The notes under the pieces: model-generated
Databases searched by the model: none
Seen by the model: only the letters and a program-made list of their open reading frames with translations
What the model was told of the DNA's origin: nothing
Program-made: the position numbers and the translations under genes
Shown: in pieces, positions 58,001-63,821 of the stretch
Numbering within the stretch: the stretch's first letter is position 1
Layout: each line of letters starts with the position of its first letter
Assembly (NCBI GenBank): GCA_964252035.1
Contig: CAXUOO010000287.1
Length of the DNA stretch: 63,821 nucleotides
Source: Podarcis erhardii
Lineage: Eukaryota
Reading direction: 5' to 3' (one strand)

Positions 58001-60356
58001 AGAGGCACGAGTATGTGTCTGTCAATATACATATATATATGTATATTTGTGAGTGCCCCACGCGAGCATGTTTCGGAGGTTTGTGGCAACAAAAAAAGAT
58101 CAAGCAGAGGCACTACTACGGCAGCAGGAGCAGGAGATGATACACTAATTTCGTACTTCAAAAAGCATATGCGTAAGGGAGATCCTGAATGCAACAACAG
58201 GAACTAGAGACACTACTCTCCAGCCCGTAGAACACACCGCATGAGTTGCTACAGTATAAACGAGAGAACGGAGGGTAATACATGCAGCAACAACGAATAG
58301 AACAGCTGCGAACAAAAGCAACCAGGAATTCATGGATACCAATAACAACAACACCGTCTTTCAGCAAAACAGCCGCATAGCGATGAAAAAAAACCTGAAG
58401 ACTTCATTTCCCATTAACTAAGCCTCAGCAACCACAATAACAGCAGGGACACAGCGAAACAGCGTCAATATATTTCACAGCGCCGGCAATGAGCACTGCA
58501 GAAAAAAATTCTGCGAGTGACGCAGCCACAGCAGCAGTAGAATCACTTGTATAAGCATCACAATAGGTGGAATAGCAACAGCAGCAACTGAAACATCAGC
58601 AACACTAGACGCAGAAGCCCGGCAGTAACAGCTGTAACGGCTACTTTCAGTCGTAGCTGACGAAAAGCGTACAAGCAAAGGTGCGACTAGGAGAGAGTAG
58701 TTGGATGTGGTAAGATAATGAGATGCACTACTTTACTATAATGATTCGAAAACGAAGCATGAAGCAAAGTAAGATGCAGCATTCTTTGGTTGTGTTTTAA
58801 AACCACTGGCTACGATAACAGATTTTTTCCTTCCGACAAAGATTCGCTATATAGTTGCAACTTCAAATCGTTATGCACCTCGCGTCATACACCAATTTGT
58901 CTCTCATATTATATATATATATATATATGTTTGGAACACGTTTTTTTCATTTACCTCCAATACCTCAGTAGAACGGTAAACTCGATACTTCTTTGTGAAA
59001 AAGTTTTTGCATATAAATATATGTATATAGACTAAAGGCGTGCAAACCTTCGTAGGCGTCTCTTTAAGAAGATATGTATACGAATTGATGTACATCAATC
59101 TGTTGTATGATCGTAGAACCTCCAACCTTTCCCTGACAGTATATGCTAATTGACTACATAATTATAGTGTCATAACAACAACTCGTGTAAAATTCTGTAC
59201 TGAGTAACTGCGCAAAGAAATCTCGAATGAATGCGGAATGTCGATTTGATCACTTTTTTCGCAGAGAGTTTAAGAAGAGTATATATACGCATATGGCAAT
59301 TACCTATATATATATATATACATATATATCGTATATATCTACAGTAATGTGAATTAGTTTATCTTCAAAGGTGCAGAAAGCAAGTAGCAGGCTCTTGCTG
59401 GCATCCATTTATATTAATAGGCTCAGCGCCCCCAAACAACGGGCATCCTTGACAATTGAGGAGGGTTTCGACCTATATATATACGTACACACAAACCTGT
59501 ATATACGTATATGTGTGTAGGTAGACGACATTTGATCGGCAGTTGATGTTCAGGTGTAGCACTCTTCTGCTCTCAATACTACTTGACTGAAGTCGATTAT
59601 GTTAGAGAAATGGAGCACGCTGTGGCAAACCGCAAACCTTGCATATGAAGGATTCACGCGCCGTGTGTGCTAAGCAGCGCAATATCAAACATCTACAAAC
59701 TTCTGAACACATTACCATCATTATTCCGATACACGTCATCCTCTTCATATGCGTCACATTCTACCTCTACATAAATATATATATATACTTACCTATGTTT
59801 ACCTCTCTCAAGCGAAGTAACCAAGATGCAGTGGTTCTGACACAGAATACGTGGTTCTGTCTCACTTTGAATGCTCAGCTCTGGCTCATATTATTATTGC
59901 ACATTTTTACAAGGAAAGTTAGCAGTAATTTCAAAAGTGAGCACGACTTAGATACCTCCCGGCGGCCTCATAAATGCCTTTCGGTACATTTACACATGTC
60001 TACAAATGTCCCCAAACATAGGAGAGAGCCTTTCTTTTTACAGAGGTAGAAAGGACTGACTTTTCAACATAACTAGCGCCTGCCCGGTAATTTCCTTTCT
60101 CGTGAATTTGTCGCGTGCTGCTGCTGCTGCCTCCACCTAGTGACAGCCGTGGAGCAGCAACCACTGCTGCTGCATTCGTGCGCCTCCCAACATAAGGGTT
60201 TTTGACACCAACAGTTGTTGCTGATTGAGCAACAGAGGAAGCAACAGGCGTAGCAAGAGTAGTGCCAGCGTGGCCTCTACTTGGTGATAGTGATGAAGCT
60301 GCTGCATTGTTGCCTGAGCCAGCAGCCGTGCTGCCTGAGGCAGAAGAAGAAAGCAT
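52224..60356 (-). CDS. TFB2: TFIIH core subunit p52 (Tfb2/GTF2H4), multi-exon, with large low-complexity insertions
   Basis: Exons 60356-60061 (AA|gtcagt), 57926-56780 (GLFEYVFSLPASVLHFLFASPSSCIACFSCL..LIVLRLLF; QQWDALLRFIV), 56405 to about 55760 (MSREAFSWILKDLKSQVSSLIVEYL), 54117 to about 53650 (LTYAQRRFLLFALDLGLV) and about 52948 to 52224 (VQSNFKVYVYT.S.LQ..VL..L.EL..RLPNLIVGVLTR.SV..A..GITAEQII.FLE.HAHP; QLRMWEAER). These are the canonical p52 motifs in order. Confidence 0.93.
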
Positions 60357-62606
60357 AATGCAGCAGCATGCAGCAGCAACTGCTGAGTTATCTGGGGTGA
60401 AGAGAGTCAACCGATGCACAAGCGAAAGGCTTACATTTGCTTTTCGCTGATCACCCTTTTTTTGCTGCAGTAGTAGTAGTGATAGTAGCAGCAGCAGCAG
60501 CAGCAGCAGTCGTCGCTCTTCAGCAACAGCATTCAGCGGACCATCCACACACACCGAAAGAACCATAAATTAATTATATAGTCAATCGCAAGTGCGCACG
60601 GCTCCCTCTGCTGCTGCTGCTGCTGATAATTCCAACAGCAGCAGCAGCCGTTGCGATCCCTCCAACGATGCTGTCACTAGTACTGTCGTTGCACCAAACA
60701 CTCGCATTCCGCAATCAGGACACTGCACACTCATGGTGCAGTTGTTGCTGCACACACAGATATACTTCCGTCAATATCACGAATATACAGATGTGAGAGT
60801 ATACGCATATTCATCAGCTGAATTTAAAAACAATCGGCTGACGAACAGGCATTCTGGCAAATTCATTACGAACAGAGTAGTCATATACGCTCGTAAACAA
60901 AGTATTCATGCATTCACAGTCTTGCACTATCGAGTTCAACTTCGTATTAGTCCACCACAGACAGTCCCAAAATTGCTAGGACACCTGCAAATGTTCAAAA
61001 GATGAAAGAGCACGCTTTTGATTGCGTATGATTGAAAAAGTGCTCTCATAGGCAGTGCTTGAAAGTTTTTTAGCGAGAGATGAATTTCATCACCTTGCTT
61101 GATGCTAAAATCAAAATACTGAGAAAAACTTCAAATGCAAATTTACTTCAAGCGTGTACGTAAGCACGACACATATTTTTATGGCCGTATACATGTATAT
61201 TATATACATATATTTATCATCATGTAAACAAGAAATATATATATATATATATGTATAATTACCCTTCCAAGTTTGATGCTGTTCCAATTACTGCCACAAT
61301 ACGGCCTGATGTACCAGATAGCCGTCCAAGTGATATACTTGCATTGGCGTACGATCTACTACTAAGATTTTCTTACATGACTGTCAGTGGCTGAGTCTCT
61401 GAGCAAGGAAAACAGTGAACCAGTTTGGCTAGTACGTTCATATGAGAAATTTTATATTCAAGAGTCGGTTAAGGATTGGCAACATTCTTGTAACGATCGA
61501 AGACGTGTAGAGTCGAAAGGTTGGGGGTGGAGTCCTGGATATACGAACCACAAAAATTCATCGATAACGTCATAGAGAAGAACGTTGAGAAAAGGAGATC
61601 ACATGAAACACAGTAATAAAGAGACTGATGAGGAGTGACGAAGACATCAACGTGGGACAAAGAAGGAAGTTTAAGGGAGGAACGGTTCCTAAGGAAACGG
61701 GTGAGTTACATTCTGAGCGCGTTGTAAAGTTTTAGTGGAGCAAAAAAGGGGCGAAACGGGATAAGAAAGGAGAAAAAAAAGGATGCTTATATAAGGAAGA
61801 ATGGGAAGCTGCAAAACTACCATACAGGAAATATTCGAGTAAATACACATACAGGAAATTGGCTAAGTAGAGCGTTTCAAAGAGACAAAGAACACACCCA
61901 GCCACGTCTGCAAGAGAAGAGCAATAAGCAAAGAGTACAGTGCAAAGATGTTAGAAAGCATATGGCGGTATAAAGCAGTGAAGTAAACTTCACAAGAAAA
62001 CAGGGAGACAAGAAAGAAGCCAGTCGATAGAGACGGGAGATACAAGTAGGTTCGCAAAGTCGCAGCAGCAGCAGCTGCTCTCGCTCTCCATATGGATAAA
62101 ATAAGTCGGTGAAATAAGTGACCGCACGTGTGGTAGCGTTTCACTGTTTGCACATTCAGTAAATTTTTTCAGATACTGCTTTTTTTATTTTGATGCGACT
62201 TATGTTTACACATGCTTAAGTTTATACATCATAGATAATTATATAAATATGTGGTCATATGTCTGTGTGTATTTTTTGAAAAATTCAATTCAACCGTAAA
62301 CTTTTAAATCCTGATATATATACCTTTCCACGGAGGGTAGATATTATTCACCAAGTATTTCTATCGTTTCCGGGTTAGCGGTACTCATTTGCCGGTCATC
62401 TCAACCATACGCCTCCATCACAACGTCTACACCTGTGATGAATGGAGCTGTAGAAAACACAGTTTGTGTATTCGACAATCTACACAATCAGCGACACACA
62501 TAACTGTGTCTGTATCTCAATTCATCAAAATGCATGTCGCTGGAAGAGAATTACCATGATTGCCTCTGCTACTACAATTACCCAAAACGCATACATATAC
62601 CCATCA

Positions 62607-62663
<57 letters not shown>

Positions 62664-63000
62664 TTTACAGATACATATCTATATATATTATACATAGATC
62701 GTTTTTTCCATCTTTTTCTGGTATATATAGATGTATAATGCATACTGGTATATATGGTGTGAGAGAGTACTCTACCGTGAAACTGAAGTGATACCTCAGG
62801 TGGTTTTGCGTCGAGGGCGAATAGTGAGGAATCGAGGAATCCGTGTATCATTGAGATGATCCGCTTGGCCAAAAACGGAAACATATTCATATTCAAACTC
62901 GTATCAATACATAGAGTCATGAACTTATGTAAATTTTCTTGTCAGTTCAACTTATACATACCTATAAATGAGGAGACGGAATCGATTGCTACGATGGGAG

Positions 63001-63106
63001 TATACATTGAGTGAAGCTACGTAAGCGTAGAGGAGAAGAAATCGCTCGCTAGGATGGTATATATATATAATATATATATACATTGAGTGAAGCTACGTAT
63101 GCGTAG
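63001..63106. repeat. 30-bp direct repeat pair (63001-63030, 63077-63106)
   Basis: tatacattgagtgaagctacgta(a/t)gcgtag occurs twice, separated by 46 bp. Confidence 0.85.
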
Positions 63107-63436
63107 TCATGGTAGTCTATACACCACTTTGACGTGTACGAAGGTAGCCATTGCAAAAGCGTAAAATGAGTGGAAGCCCCGGTATACTGACTCAACGATT
63201 ATATTTCCTCCAAAAGCGCAGAAGCGGCTTCAGGTCCGAGACGTACATAAGAAGACATGGAGACTACTGGAACCGGTTGCCTTCTAAATGTCGGTCATGT
63301 GTTGGAAGAACAAACTTTTACTGTACGTGACTGACAAATACGTCTGAACACTCCTGCTTGAATATCTTCCAAAATAGTCCATTGACTTTACTTAAGCACT
63401 GCCACATGTGCAAACCAAATTGTAGCACCATATCAC

Positions 63437-63638
63437 CTTCTTTGAACCAGTCTGTTAGCAAAGCAGCCGATGCAGCAGCTGCTGCGGCATTAATTATGGT
63501 TGCATACTGGTAGCAGCACGAGAGTTTACGTGGCAGCGCCAGCACCAGCATCAATAACAGCCCCAGCATTATACGTGGCACTTCATAAAAATAACATGTC
63601 AGCATCGAGTTTGCATCACCGGGCGGCACCAGCAGCAC
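63437..63638 (-). CDS. Probable internal exons of a gene entering from the right edge; product unknown
   Basis: ttcacag|VLLVPPGDANSMLTCYFYE|gtgcca (63638-63582) and taccag|YATIINAAAAAASAALLTDWFKE-G|gtgata (63506-63437), within the 135-aa ORF 63318-63725. Confidence 0.4.
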
Positions 63639-63821
63639 CTGTGAATGCAGAAAATGAGGAAGCAACAGCCGGCAGCAGCAGTCGTTAATTCTCGTCCAAC
63701 CGATTCGTCCCGGTCCAAACAGCACAATCAGAAAAACCTACGCAGACGCTGGTATTATGCAATACACGGTTACTGCTACAAGAGGAGGGGATCATAAGGC
63801 TACTTCGCTGTAGGCAAGTAT

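Noticed and set aside
61387-61860. Retrotransposon (LINE or chromovirus) remnant
   Set aside because: No RT, integrase or gag motifs, LTRs or target-site duplications recognised; only purine skew.
63437-63638. RNase PH/exosome-ring subunit assignment (INAA..A.AALL)
   Set aside because: Similarity rests on an Ala run, and the expected flanking DG and DAG/P residues are absent. Kept only as an unknown CDS.
1-63821. Telomere-like AAACCCT heptamer arrays known from some Eimeria
   Set aside because: No such arrays were seen; TA and triplet repeats dominate.

Overview
Eukaryotic, intron-rich DNA that looks like an Eimeria-type coccidian (Apicomplexa): CAG/CTG-derived low-complexity coding tracts, frequent TGCATGCA octamers, long intronic (TA)n arrays and one N gap. 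The organism is inferred, not shown. The ORF track is mostly noise, so genes were rebuilt by hand from GT-AG junctions and reading phase. From left to right: a TAF4-like gene (minus, histone-fold region split into micro-exons), an RPA3-like gene (plus), a ~20 kb M16 metallopeptidase gene (minus, HXXEH motif), a divergent ankyrin-repeat gene (plus), a ~1330-aa putative secreted or membrane-anchored Ser/Asp- and Gln-rich protein (minus), TFIIH p52/TFB2 (minus) and a partial gene at the right edge. No rRNA, tRNA, CRISPR array or intact mobile element was found. Most notable: a tandem A-B-A-B amplification of an exon-intron junction in the M16 gene that creates extra splice donors; many +/-1 frameshifts in short homopolymers (most likely assembly error, though M16 pseudogenisation is possible); the cryptic TAF4-like and RPA3-like genes; and antisense coding-like relics in M16 introns. 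No clear-cut novel biological system is supported. All family calls rest on motif recognition from memory and need HMM confirmation.
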